Source of the DNA: a virus | DNA: 64,000 bases | IMG/VR virus record: IMGVR_UViG_3300028394_000034 | Strand: one strand, 5' to 3' | Shown: in pieces, positions 55,561-63,808 of the stretch | How positions within the stretch are numbered: the stretch's first letter is position 1 | Layout of the letters: each line of letters begins with the position of its first letter | Program-made: the position numbers and the translations under genes | The notes under the pieces: model-generated | Told to the model about the DNA's origin: nothing | The model's input: only the letters and a program-made list of their open reading frames with translations | Databases searched by the model: none

Positions 55561-55721
55561 ACAAATAGTCTATCTTGTAATAGCTTTCTAACGGTTTCTG
55601 TTACATTAATTCCATCAACAATAATATCGTTGTCTCCACCCTTGATAGGATTAGAAGGCATCGTTTTAGCTACTCTGTTGTATAGCCAAAATATAACAAA
55701 TTTTTCATCCTTAGTCATTTA

Positions 55722-55841
55722 TTACTCCTGTACTTTAGTACCAACATCATATGGATAACCATCTTCTACTTCTTCACTATAAGTATCTTCATAATGATTA
55801 TCCCACCAAGGAATTTTGCTATCTGGTAATATTTGGCTCAT
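55722..55841 (-). CDS. Small acidic protein, copy 2 (39 aa)
   Basis: Not in track: MSQILPDSKIPWWDNHYEDTYSEEVEDGYPYDVGTKVQE. Confidence 0.65.
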   Translation of the reverse strand: MSQILPDSKIPWWDNHYEDTYSEEVEDGYPYDVGTKVQE

Positions 55842-55979
55842 ACAAATAATTTCTTTATATTAAAGCGGAATTTCTCAGTATTACACAGAATCCCGCTAAG
55901 AGTCTACGGAAGTTGATTGTGGGAATACCCGCGATCCCTACCATTGTGGCATCAACATTGTTATTGTACCTCGTCAGAA

Positions 55980-56591
55980 CTAAACTGTCAATAGTTCCGT
56001 TTCCAATTCGTTTAAACACCTAAAGTCTGTACCGCTTATATTCATATTCCAACTTTGATGCCAATGACCAAAACGCCAAATCTTTGGTTGGTGAATATTA
56101 AATAGCTCCTGCAAAGCCCATCCTGTTAAATTCTCATATTTCCTTTGAAAAGGTTTCAATAACCGAAAACCAACCTCGTCTGGGCAATCGTGTGTGATTA
56201 CAATATCTGGCTTAACTATTCTATAAAGCTCTCTAGCTTTCATAAATTGATCTATAGTAACCTGTTCATCTTCCCACCAATCAATTCCTACTGTTCTATC
56301 TTGACGATCAATACTATATGCTCCCCTATAATAGAAAAATTTTACTCTATTTAGAGAAGTATATCCATAATCTCCTAGAAAATGAGAATGGTTATAGCAG
56401 TCATTGTAGTTGTCGTGATTGCCAGGCAATATTAAATGTCTGGTAGAGTCAATATTATTTAATGTATCATACTTAAATCCAAAATCTCCTAGCTGCAAGG
56501 TATATGGGTGACGATCTTTTTCTCTGATAATTTCATGATAGTTTTTATACTTACCATGAACATCACCAATGAGAGTAATTGAGTTGGTCAT
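55980..56591 (-). CDS. Calcineurin-like metallophosphoesterase
   Basis: IGDVHG, LGDFG, GNHD, ITHDCP, FGHWH; start placed at MTNSIT. Confidence 0.85.
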   Translation of the reverse strand: MTNSITLIGDVHGKYKNYHEIIREKDRHPYTLQLGDFGFKYDTLNNIDSTRHLILPGNHDNYNDCYNHSHFLGDYGYTSLNRVKFFYYRGAYSIDRQDRTVGIDWWEDEQVTIDQFMKARELYRIVKPDIVITHDCPDEVGFRLLKPFQRKYENLTGWALQELFNIHQPKIWRFGHWHQSWNMNISGTDFRCLNELETELLTV

Positions 56592-56651
56592 TTTTGGTGT
56601 ATATTGTATTGTGAGAATGTGTTGCAGCCATCTTACAAAACCGTACAATAA

Positions 56652-56680
56652 ATTATACCAGAAGCCTGAGTGTTTGTCAA
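56652..56680 (-). promoter_or_regulatory. Sigma70-type promoter, back-to-back with a weaker plus-strand promoter for the HNH gene
   Basis: TTGACA-17 nt-TATAAT on minus; TTGACA at 56688-56693 on plus. Confidence 0.7.
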
Positions 56681-56725
56681 CTGCAACTTGACAACATTTG
56701 GGCTTTCTGTGTTATAGGTGTTAAT

Positions 56726-57301
56726 ATGAAAAAGAAAATTTGTGCTAAATGCAAAAACAAAAAACCTTTATCTGCATTTCATAAAAAGGCAACAGCTTTA
56801 TCAGGTAGGGCTTCTCATTGTAAAGAATGTAGAAATACGTCCAATAGATCGAAATATAGAGATAATATAGACCTAATGAAAGAAAAAGCAAAACAATATC
56901 GCTCAAATAACAAATCAAGGATAAGAAAAAGTCAAATTAAATATTTAACGAAAAAACGTAAATCAGATCCAGTATTTAGAGCAAAGGATAATTGTAGAAG
57001 AAGAATTAATCAATTTTATAGAGGGATTGGTAAAAGTAAAAGAACAGACGAATTATTAGGATGCACTTGGGAGGAACTTATGATACATCTTGAAAACCAG
57101 TTTACAAAAGGTATGACTAGAAATAATTATGGTAAATGGGAAATAGATCATATTGTTCCTTTGTCCTTAGCAATAACAATAGAAGAAAGCGAAAAACTTT
57201 GTCATTATACTAATTTACAGCCATTATGGAAAAAAGATAATCGTACTAAAGGTTGCAGTTTATCCTATTCTCCATTAAGAGGGTCTATAGAAAAAGGATA
57301 A
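56726..57301 (+). CDS. Free-standing HNH homing endonuclease-like protein
   Basis: N-terminal CAKC...CKEC zinc finger; C-terminal WEIDHIVP...CHYTNLQPLW..DN..KG. Confidence 0.82.
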   Translation: MKKKICAKCKNKKPLSAFHKKATALSGRASHCKECRNTSNRSKYRDNIDLMKEKAKQYRSNNKSRIRKSQIKYLTKKRKSDPVFRAKDNCRRRINQFYRGIGKSKRTDELLGCTWEELMIHLENQFTKGMTRNNYGKWEIDHIVPLSLAITIEESEKLCHYTNLQPLWKKDNRTKGCSLSYSPLRGSIEKG

Positions 57302-57546
57302 CTAAATGGCCCTAGAACACTCTTTCTTTTTTGTTTTAGGAAATCTAGTGTATCGTCAAAACAGCTTTCACATATATGAATCTCGTATTTTGATCCATCA
57401 TTAGTTGAACCATATCCCCAATATGATTCAAGAGTAGCAAAGTCTGGCCCAACTTCTTTATAGTTGGTTGTACTTTTACCACAGACATCGCAATTTATGT
57501 CATCGACAACTTTTCTTATTTCTTCTTTAAATGTTCTCATTTCCAA
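57265..57546 (-). CDS. Zinc-binding hypothetical protein
   Basis: CDVCG...HICESC. Confidence 0.6.
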   Translation of the reverse strand: MEMRTFKEEIRKVVDDINCDVCGKSTTNYKEVGPDFATLESYWGYGSTNDGSKYEIHICESCFDDTLDFLKQKRKSVLGPFSYPFSIDPLNGE

Positions 57547-57794
57547 CGTCGTGAAGGATCACGCCTTTTTGGTGGACTAAAATGTGTAGTTGTTTTTGTA
57601 ATAGTAGTACAAGGTTGGAAAAATTTAATGGTTTGTTTTGGTTTAAAACCAGCAGGAAGAATTACATCGCTACTTTTAAAGAGATCAGGCATACCAATAT
57701 ATTCTGCCCAATAATCCATAGTTTTCCTGTATCCTGCAATAATAACATCTTTAGAACAAGTTTTCTTCAGTAAATCTTCAAAACTCTTAGCCAT
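57537..57794 (-). CDS. Hypothetical protein
   Basis: ORF track. Confidence 0.5.
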   Translation of the reverse strand: MAKSFEDLLKKTCSKDVIIAGYRKTMDYWAEYIGMPDLFKSSDVILPAGFKPKQTIKFFQPCTTITKTTTHFSPPKRRDPSRRWK

Positions 57795-57963
57795 TATTAA
57801 TAATCTCCAGAATAGTTTCTGCTAGTGTTGAACGTCCCATAACTTGCCCATCCTCATAAGGTCTGTCGTAAAAAGGTTCATTATATGAAGATTTTTGGCC
57901 CCATGTTTCCATGATGCCAGAGCATAGTCTTTTAATTTCTTCTAACTTTTCTTCATTACTCAT
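57787..57963 (-). CDS. Hypothetical protein
   Basis: Start moved to MSNEEKL to avoid a long overlap with the upstream gene. Confidence 0.55.
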   Translation of the reverse strand: MSNEEKLEEIKRLCSGIMETWGQKSSYNEPFYDRPYEDGQVMGRSTLAETILEIINNG

Positions 57964-58330
57964 CACGGTATGCAATCCCGGCAGCACTCCAGTCGGCCGG
58001 GAGTGGCGTTGCACAATTTGTTGCCTTCGTTTGAGAATATTGGGTGTAAAAAGTTTGGTTGACATTACATCGCCCAAGAGCAATTCTAACACCCAATTTC
58101 TTATTATAGTTCTCTTTCTTACTACAAATAGCTAATCCTTCATAGTGACTGCCATGTGGACTATCAATTATAATTTGGGTTGAACCACCTTTAGTATCTG
58201 GATCAATAGGCCCATAGCCATAACCCTCCACAGGTTTGCTTCCTACTTGCCATTTATAATAGCCATTGTAAAGGCGATTGTGAAGAACCCTCACTTTATA
58301 TCCGCAATTACGCAATTCTTGAACTGTCAT
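57956..58330 (-). CDS. Conserved phage hypothetical protein
   Basis: CSKKENYNKKLGVRIALGR motif. Confidence 0.6.
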   Translation of the reverse strand: MTVQELRNCGYKVRVLHNRLYNGYYKWQVGSKPVEGYGYGPIDPDTKGGSTQIIIDSPHGSHYEGLAICSKKENYNKKLGVRIALGRCNVNQTFYTQYSQTKATNCATPLPADWSAAGIAYRDE

Positions 58331-58534
58331 ATTTTCTCCAATTAATTAGTGTAGGCCACAAACTTCCACAGTACGAGTAATAATAATCTTATTGTATTCT
58401 GACAAGAATTTGTCTAGGTTATCTTGTTTGATAGATAGCTCATAGTTATTCTGACCAATAAAATACTTGTCAATCAAATCTTGAACTTTTTGTTGAACTG
58501 TTGGACTCATAAAGTTTCTCCAAAGGATGCCCTC

Positions 58535-58562
58535 AGTATACTACGTTATCGGCGTTTGTCAA
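58535..58562 (-). promoter_or_regulatory. Sigma70-type promoter
   Basis: TTGACA-aacgccgataacgtag-TATACT. Confidence 0.7.
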
Positions 58563-58570
58563 CAGCCACT

Positions 58571-58786
58571 TTACAAATCATTCATGTTTGGACATTGTTT
58601 CTCTGATTGAACGCTTAATCCATTACAAAAACATACCGACTTATCCTGTCTAATTCTTACTTCGCATTGTTCTGGCTTGTATTCAGACTGATAAGATAAA
58701 ACAGTTACAACAAAAATAATAAGAAATAGAGGGAACAGATTAATTAACTTTTCCATTTTAGGAGTTATCCTTATAAAGACCCACAC
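58571..58786 (-). CDS. Membrane-anchored hypothetical protein
   Basis: TM helix. Confidence 0.5.
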   Translation of the reverse strand: MWVFIRITPKMEKLINLFPLFLIIFVVTVLSYQSEYKPEQCEVRIRQDKSVCFCNGLSVQSEKQCPNMNDL

Positions 58787-58967
58787 TTATTCCAGAATCA
58801 GCATTTTGATAATATTCTCCCTTACGATATTCTGGGAAATCAACTTCATTGACCCCAAATTCTATCCTAAGATATTCATTAGTATAAGCCTCTCCTGCAA
58901 AATAATCATTAAAGACTTTAACTCTCTCTATAGTGCTATTTCTTGCTACAATAAAAACCCAATTCAT
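58758..58967 (-). CDS. Hypothetical protein
   Basis: ORF track. Confidence 0.55.
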   Translation of the reverse strand: MNWVFIVARNSTIERVKVFNDYFAGEAYTNEYLRIEFGVNEVDFPEYRKGEYYQNADSGISVGLYKDNS

Positions 58968-59353
58968 TTTTGTTTCTCCATAAGACAGTTCTTAGCGTAA
59001 ATTATACCACGTTTGGCAGGAGGGTCAATGGGATTTTTAAATTTTTTGACTGATTGTACGATCCATCCAAACTTAGGCTTATTATTCCAACAATACAGCT
59101 TATTATTAGTATCTACTTTATGCCTAGTCTCATCAGATTGCCATTGTTCTTTTGAGGAATATTGAATACAACTACTAAAAGTAATTGTTCCAATAATTCT
59201 ACTCTTAAACTTAGCCGATTTCCCCGGAGTTTCAATAAGTGCCAACTCAACTCCCTCTAATCTTTGTGGGAGTGTATAGGAGCGAGTTTCGACCGTTTTC
59301 TGACCATTAATTAAAAGGGTAGACCACGGGGCTTGAATATTTAAACCAGTCAC
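58964..59353 (-). CDS. ASCH-domain protein
   Basis: GLNIQAPWSTLLINGQKTVETRSY (GxKxxExR). Confidence 0.8.
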   Translation of the reverse strand: MTGLNIQAPWSTLLINGQKTVETRSYTLPQRLEGVELALIETPGKSAKFKSRIIGTITFSSCIQYSSKEQWQSDETRHKVDTNNKLYCWNNKPKFGWIVQSVKKFKNPIDPPAKRGIIYAKNCLMEKQK

Positions 59354-59356
59354 AAA

Positions 59357-59590
59357 CTACGCCTCAAAAGGTTCAAAATTCACACTATAAAGCTTACCCT
59401 CTTTATTCTTGTATAACAACTGAGGGTTGTCTGGATCAGTATACAACCAGACGAATGTGTTGTCAATAGGTGGACTTTTCCAATCTTTGGGACTTGAGGC
59501 TGTTCTAGTTAGTCTTATTTTCATTGATCTATAAGAACCACCATTATTCATATAAAAACTTCCATCAAATCCAACCTCAATTGGTTTCAT
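59357..59590 (-). CDS. Hypothetical protein
   Basis: ORF track. Confidence 0.5.
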   Translation of the reverse strand: MKPIEVGFDGSFYMNNGGSYRSMKIRLTRTASSPKDWKSPPIDNTFVWLYTDPDNPQLLYKNKEGKLYSVNFEPFEA

Positions 59591-60161
59591 TAGATTTTGA
59601 CTCCCATGAAGATATTATACTCCAAGTATTATTTAGTAATAGTCTATAGTGAGTATATTTTATATTGACAATTTCTCCTAATTTCACTTTTATGTGAGCT
59701 AATCTAAAATCCTCATAGGTTTCTGGTTTTTCTAAGGAACCAGTTTCGTAACCGCAATATTCAATCCATGTTTGAGTTAAATCTTTAACGTCAAGATTTA
59801 GTCTGCCCTTCATGACCGGCATAAAATAATCTTTACGACCAACAGGCTGAACTATATCTCCGTACATAACCCACTCATCACAATATTCAAAATATTCCAA
59901 TTCTATACCTTTTATGGGAACAACTTCTGTACGTCCCCAAGGATGAATACTTTCTACAGTACCAATAATATTGTCGATGATAATTTTCTGTCTATCTGTT
60001 GGTTTGTTTGATTTTAGCTTTTCTATATTTTTCTTATGGATAGGATTAAGAAAAAGGGTACATAATACTGCTGTAACTACAACTAATCCCCCAAACAACA
60101 TGATGTTGTCAACGGCTAATTCTTCTTTTCTCATGTATATTTCTCCCTTACTTCGCTCCAT
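59577..60161 (-). CDS. Membrane-anchored hypothetical protein
   Basis: N-terminal TM helix. Confidence 0.55.
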   Translation of the reverse strand: MERSKGEIYMRKEELAVDNIMLFGGLVVVTAVLCTLFLNPIHKKNIEKLKSNKPTDRQKIIIDNIIGTVESIHPWGRTEVVPIKGIELEYFEYCDEWVMYGDIVQPVGRKDYFMPVMKGRLNLDVKDLTQTWIEYCGYETGSLEKPETYEDFRLAHIKVKLGEIVNIKYTHYRLLLNNTWSIISSWESKSNETN

Positions 60162-60313
60162 TTTGGATAATTACTATCCCACACATTAATATAACAGTCT
60201 GAATTTTTAGAGAAACTCATACAAGTAGTCCAATTTTCTCTAATCTTGGATATGCAAGCTATACAATATCCTTCTTTAAGATGTTCACAGTTTCCTTTAT
60301 ATGGTATACTCAT
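60131..60313 (-). CDS. Cys-rich hypothetical protein
   Basis: ORF track. Confidence 0.45.
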   Translation of the reverse strand: MSIPYKGNCEHLKEGYCIACISKIRENWTTCMSFSKNSDCYINVWDSNYPKWSEVREKYT

Positions 60314-60534
60314 TATTTATTGTCCATATCCAATAGGTCAGGATTAATAAGATCAATCATATAGTCCTTCATCAAATCATCAAGACAGTCATCGTCTGTT
60401 GCTGTATCCCAAATATCTTTTATGATTCTATCAACCAGATTACTGACTGCCATAAAATCATTACGGTCAAGATTTTGTAGTTCTATTTTGATGTTGATTG
60501 CCATTAAAATAAATCTCCATATCCATTCCACCAA
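60313..60534 (-). CDS. Hypothetical protein
   Basis: ORF track. Confidence 0.5.
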   Translation of the reverse strand: MVEWIWRFILMAINIKIELQNLDRNDFMAVSNLVDRIIKDIWDTATDDDCLDDLMKDYMIDLINPDLLDMDNK

Positions 60535-60616
60535 TCATAAATTCGTATACAAGCCATATATCCTAGTATACCAAATAATACTAAACCGGCCATTATTTAT
60601 TCTCCTTTGAAAGATA

Positions 60617-60901
60617 TTAATGTATACGATCTTCCCACGGTGGATCTTCTGGTGGATTATGTCCCCGATATTTTAGCTCATCAGTAATATATGATGGGCA
60701 TTTATCAAGATTATTACAACACCACAACAGGTAATCAGATTCTATATCTGTAATAGAAATACCTTTATACTTGCCAAATGTTATCTTTTTAACCTCATCT
60801 GTTATTGGACGATTTTTCCTTGCATTTTCTTGCTCAATATTCCTTTCAAGAATATGTTCTCTGGCTGGTCTACCACCTTTAGTAGTGACTCTTATTCTCA
60901 T
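60617..60901 (-). CDS. Protein with FGKYKG...DYLLW motif (DUF3820/ExoX C-terminal-like)
   Basis: ITFGKYKGISITDIESDYLLWC. Confidence 0.6.
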   Translation of the reverse strand: MRIRVTTKGGRPAREHILERNIEQENARKNRPITDEVKKITFGKYKGISITDIESDYLLWCCNNLDKCPSYITDELKYRGHNPPEDPPWEDRIH

Positions 60902-61069
60902 TATTTATTCTCCACATACCATTTCTCAACAAATACTACACTATCCAAATATCTCGTTAACTTAATAATATCTGCATTAAGCTCAGTACCACTCACGCTA
61001 TTTTTCTCAAGACTTTCCAAAGCCTCAAATAAAATATTAATCTGTCTAGTTGTCAAATCCAAATTTAAT

Positions 61070-61252
61070 CTAGTCATTAATTTTCCTCACAAATTTAGCA
61101 CTAGTTTCATGATCACAGCTAAAAGTTTGACTTACCCAATTTGACCCAACATCAATCTTTTCTTCCATACCATTATTCAAACCAATCATAAAATCATCAA
61201 TTTGATCTTTATCCAGATCAAGGTCTGTTGTAATTTCAACAAGAAATTTCAT
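61070..61252 (-). CDS. Hypothetical protein
   Basis: ORF track. Confidence 0.5.
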   Translation of the reverse strand: MKFLVEITTDLDLDKDQIDDFMIGLNNGMEEKIDVGSNWVSQTFSCDHETSAKFVRKIND

Positions 61253-61430
61253 TAGTTATTCTCCATAGTTGTCCAATAAGTATAAATCCAATTAGCTTCT
61301 TGATTACTGTTAAATGACCACAATATTCTAAATTGATGAGGACTAACTTCCCTCACAATATCTTTCCCATCAACACTCTCATTACCTTGAGGCTTGCCCA
61401 AAAGGTCTGTCCAAGTTTTTTGAATTACCA

Positions 61431-61631
61431 TTAGTTTTCCTCCACAAACTTATTAAGAAAATTAGCCAGCCCCTTAACTTCTTCTTTGGTTAGTTTAAGT
61501 TTTTGCCAATCCCAACTAATCACATTATTAATTGTGAGGTTCAGAATAGACCCAAACTTCTCCATTTCAAAAGTAAAAATATCGGCCTTATAAGTATCTT
61601 TAGTCACAATGCTCATAACCATCTCCTTCAA
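61431..61631 (-). CDS. Hypothetical protein (similar to 61600-61839)
   Basis: LNLTI...LTKEEVKGLANFL. Confidence 0.55.
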   Translation of the reverse strand: MKEMVMSIVTKDTYKADIFTFEMEKFGSILNLTINNVISWDWQKLKLTKEEVKGLANFLNKFVEEN

Positions 61632-61839
61632 AAAGTTCCAAATAATTATTGTCGTTAGTTTCGTATAAAAATTTATAGATGAAATCGGCCAAATCTTTTA
61701 GTTCATCCCTTTTCAAGACTGTCTCATACTTTTGATAAATATCATTCTTAATCCTGAGCATATAGTTACGCTTTGACAAGTTAGGATTGTATAACAATTC
61801 GACCAAATCTATGGTTAAGTTCAGATATTCTGATTTCAT
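61600..61839 (-). CDS. Hypothetical protein
   Basis: LNLTI...LKRDELKDLADFI. Confidence 0.55.
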   Translation of the reverse strand: MKSEYLNLTIDLVELLYNPNLSKRNYMLRIKNDIYQKYETVLKRDELKDLADFIYKFLYETNDNNYLELFEGDGYEHCD

Positions 61840-61861
61840 TTGATTTGTTTTTCATTTGGGC

Positions 61862-62047
61862 TTATCGCCCACTAAACACTATTTGATTTGAGCCTTTGCG
61901 GGAGTTAATCCCACTAATATGACGTAGCATGATATGAGCATTATTGATTTCAAAACCGGGTTTGTCCGATTTTTCACCAATATAATATCGAATCATGGAC
62001 GCTAAAAGTTCTAGTTCCTTATCGGTTAGTTGAATCGTCTTGTACAT
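61862..62047 (-). CDS. Hypothetical protein
   Basis: First gene after the promoter at 62104-62132. Confidence 0.55.
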   Translation of the reverse strand: MYKTIQLTDKELELLASMIRYYIGEKSDKPGFEINNAHIMLRHISGINSRKGSNQIVFSGR

Positions 62048-62103
62048 TCAAAATCTCACTTTTTCAGCCTAAAATTAAACTTTCTCTCCCTACTACCAAT
62101 AGC

Positions 62104-62178
62104 AGTATACATCAGAGAAACCACTGTGTCAAGTATCGGATAAACTGGCTTGACAACTTGAGTCATATCTGGTATAAT
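62104..62178. promoter_or_regulatory. Divergent pair of sigma70-type promoters
   Basis: Minus: TTGACA(62132-62127)-17 nt-TATACT. Plus: TTGACA(62150-62155)-17 nt-TATAAT(62173-62178). Confidence 0.75.
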
Positions 62179-62274
62179 TTCCCCTATGAGAACCCTATAT
62201 TTCACCACGGGCGCATTTAATAAGTGAATAAGTGATCAATTAACTTATCAAAACCTTCATAAACACTGAAAAAC

Positions 62275-62469
62275 CTATGGTTTCATCTCAGAGTAGGATT
62301 GGGCAGGCGGAAAAGTATATGATTTTAATGACTCTGGTAAGAAGTTTGTGAGAAATATACGCACAGAAATCATAGAAACTATAGTAACTAGCCCCACAAA
62401 TGCTAGTTCCTTGATAAAAGGGATATGAAAATCCTTATTTTTTGAAAGTCTACTCATTATAGTCCTCAT
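62275..62469 (-). CDS. Membrane-anchored hypothetical protein
   Basis: TM helix. Confidence 0.5.
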   Translation of the reverse strand: MRTIMSRLSKNKDFHIPFIKELAFVGLVTIVSMISVRIFLTNFLPESLKSYTFPPAQSYSEMKP

Positions 62470-63055
62470 ATAAAAAACGCTCTAAATACCAGATCAAAGC
62501 TGATCGAATGATGATGCAGGAGAAAATGATATGTGGGCCATATATAATCAGGTTATTATTTTCCATTATTATAATACCTAATTACCCTATATAGGGTGGC
62601 AGATAGAAGTAATAGTCCGGTGAGACAAATGAATATTCTTGTAAAGTCATCATGTACCAATACTGGAACTGGAAACTTAGTCGCTATGCTTATTAGAATC
62701 TGATTGATTAACATAACTAGTCCAGTAATATGATAATAGGGGAATTAAAATTTCCACAAAAATAAAACATATTATAAAAAACCCAATGAAATCAAAACCA
62801 TTACTCATAACCAAATGCCTTCTTGATCATAGTAAAAAGTAGAGCAGTTTTAGATAGTGGTTTAATCTCTTCTATTGGAGCCTCAACCTCTTTCTTTGCA
62901 ACACTCTTTTTAGTAACTTTTTTGATCGGCTTCTTTTTTGCCATAATATCCTCGCTGACTGTTTCCATAAATTCCAAACCCGGAATTTTAGGTGAGACAA
63001 AAATACACTACTATCTCATTGGTATAGTAAAATGGCCGGACTACTCTAACAAGAT

Positions 63056-63253
63056 TTAATTGGTATTAAAGGTTAATTTTGGAATAAGATCAATATCGCT
63101 ACTAGGTTTCCTAATATCTATTACTACCATAGTATCGGTCATATCTTCTGACTGTATTTGATTATCCAACTGATACTTCACAATTGCATCATGAACTCTT
63201 TTGCAGATATATGCGCAGTCCATTTGGGATTCTATTTTAATGGTAGTTATCAT
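63056..63253 (-). CDS. Hypothetical protein
   Basis: ORF track. Confidence 0.5.
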   Translation of the reverse strand: MITTIKIESQMDCAYICKRVHDAIVKYQLDNQIQSEDMTDTMVVIDIRKPSSDIDLIPKLTFNTN

Positions 63254-63344
63254 AATAAGTTCTCACTGACTGTTACCATAAAAACCGACCCGACCATATT
63301 AGCTGAAACAAAATCTTAACAATCATCATAATTTACTTATAAAA

Positions 63345-63416
63345 AGCAAGAGAAGAGACTCGAACTCTCAACATTCAGGTTGGAAACCTAACGCTCTACC
63401 ATTGAGCTACTCTTGC
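63345..63416 (-). tRNA. trnG: tRNA-Gly(UCC)
   Basis: GCAAGAG/CTCTTGC-T acceptor, GCTC/GAGC D-stem, TTAGG-TTTCCAA-CCTGA anticodon arm, GAGAG-TTCGAGT-CTCTT T-arm. Confidence 0.92.
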
Positions 63417-63425
63417 CTGAAGGAC

Positions 63426-63749
63426 TTACCTCCACGACCTTACTCGATACCACTTACCATTACGACCTTGTGCTGACGCATCTCCTGTTAGTCTCATATT
63501 GTTTCTTGGAGTACAAGTGTTACAATTGGGACTAGAACCATAACCTACACCTTCAAAACTACCAATACAACTCCACACATGACCAGTAATGTTATTAGCT
63601 GCCATATAATTTGCTTCAGCCTGACAACGATCTTGATCACTGCTTGAACTATAACTGTTAGTATAACTCTGTACCATTTTTGGCCCAGCAGCGTGTGCGG
63701 CAAAAGTAGTCACAAAAATTAGGGCAACTGCAATCATAAAATTCTTCAT
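63426..63749 (-). CDS. Predicted secreted Cys-containing protein
   Basis: Signal peptide ending AAHA; AGGAGG RBS. Confidence 0.65.
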   Translation of the reverse strand: MKNFMIAVALIFVTTFAAHAAGPKMVQSYTNSYSSSSDQDRCQAEANYMAANNITGHVWSCIGSFEGVGYGSSPNCNTCTPRNNMRLTGDASAQGRNGKWYRVRSWR

Positions 63750-63782
63750 AAGTTCCTCCTTGAGTAAAGTAAATCCTATTAG

Positions 63783-63808
63783 AAAAACCCCCGAGTTTAT
63801 TCGGGGGA
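63783..63808 (-). terminator. Rho-independent terminator
   Basis: CCCCCGA-ATAAAC-TCGGGGG followed by TTTTT on minus. Confidence 0.75.

Noticed and set aside
57964-58092. N-terminal extension of ORF 57787-58092
   Set aside because: It overlaps the upstream gene by more than 130 nt. The internal ATG at 57963 gives a typical short coupling overlap and matches the paralog at 55378.
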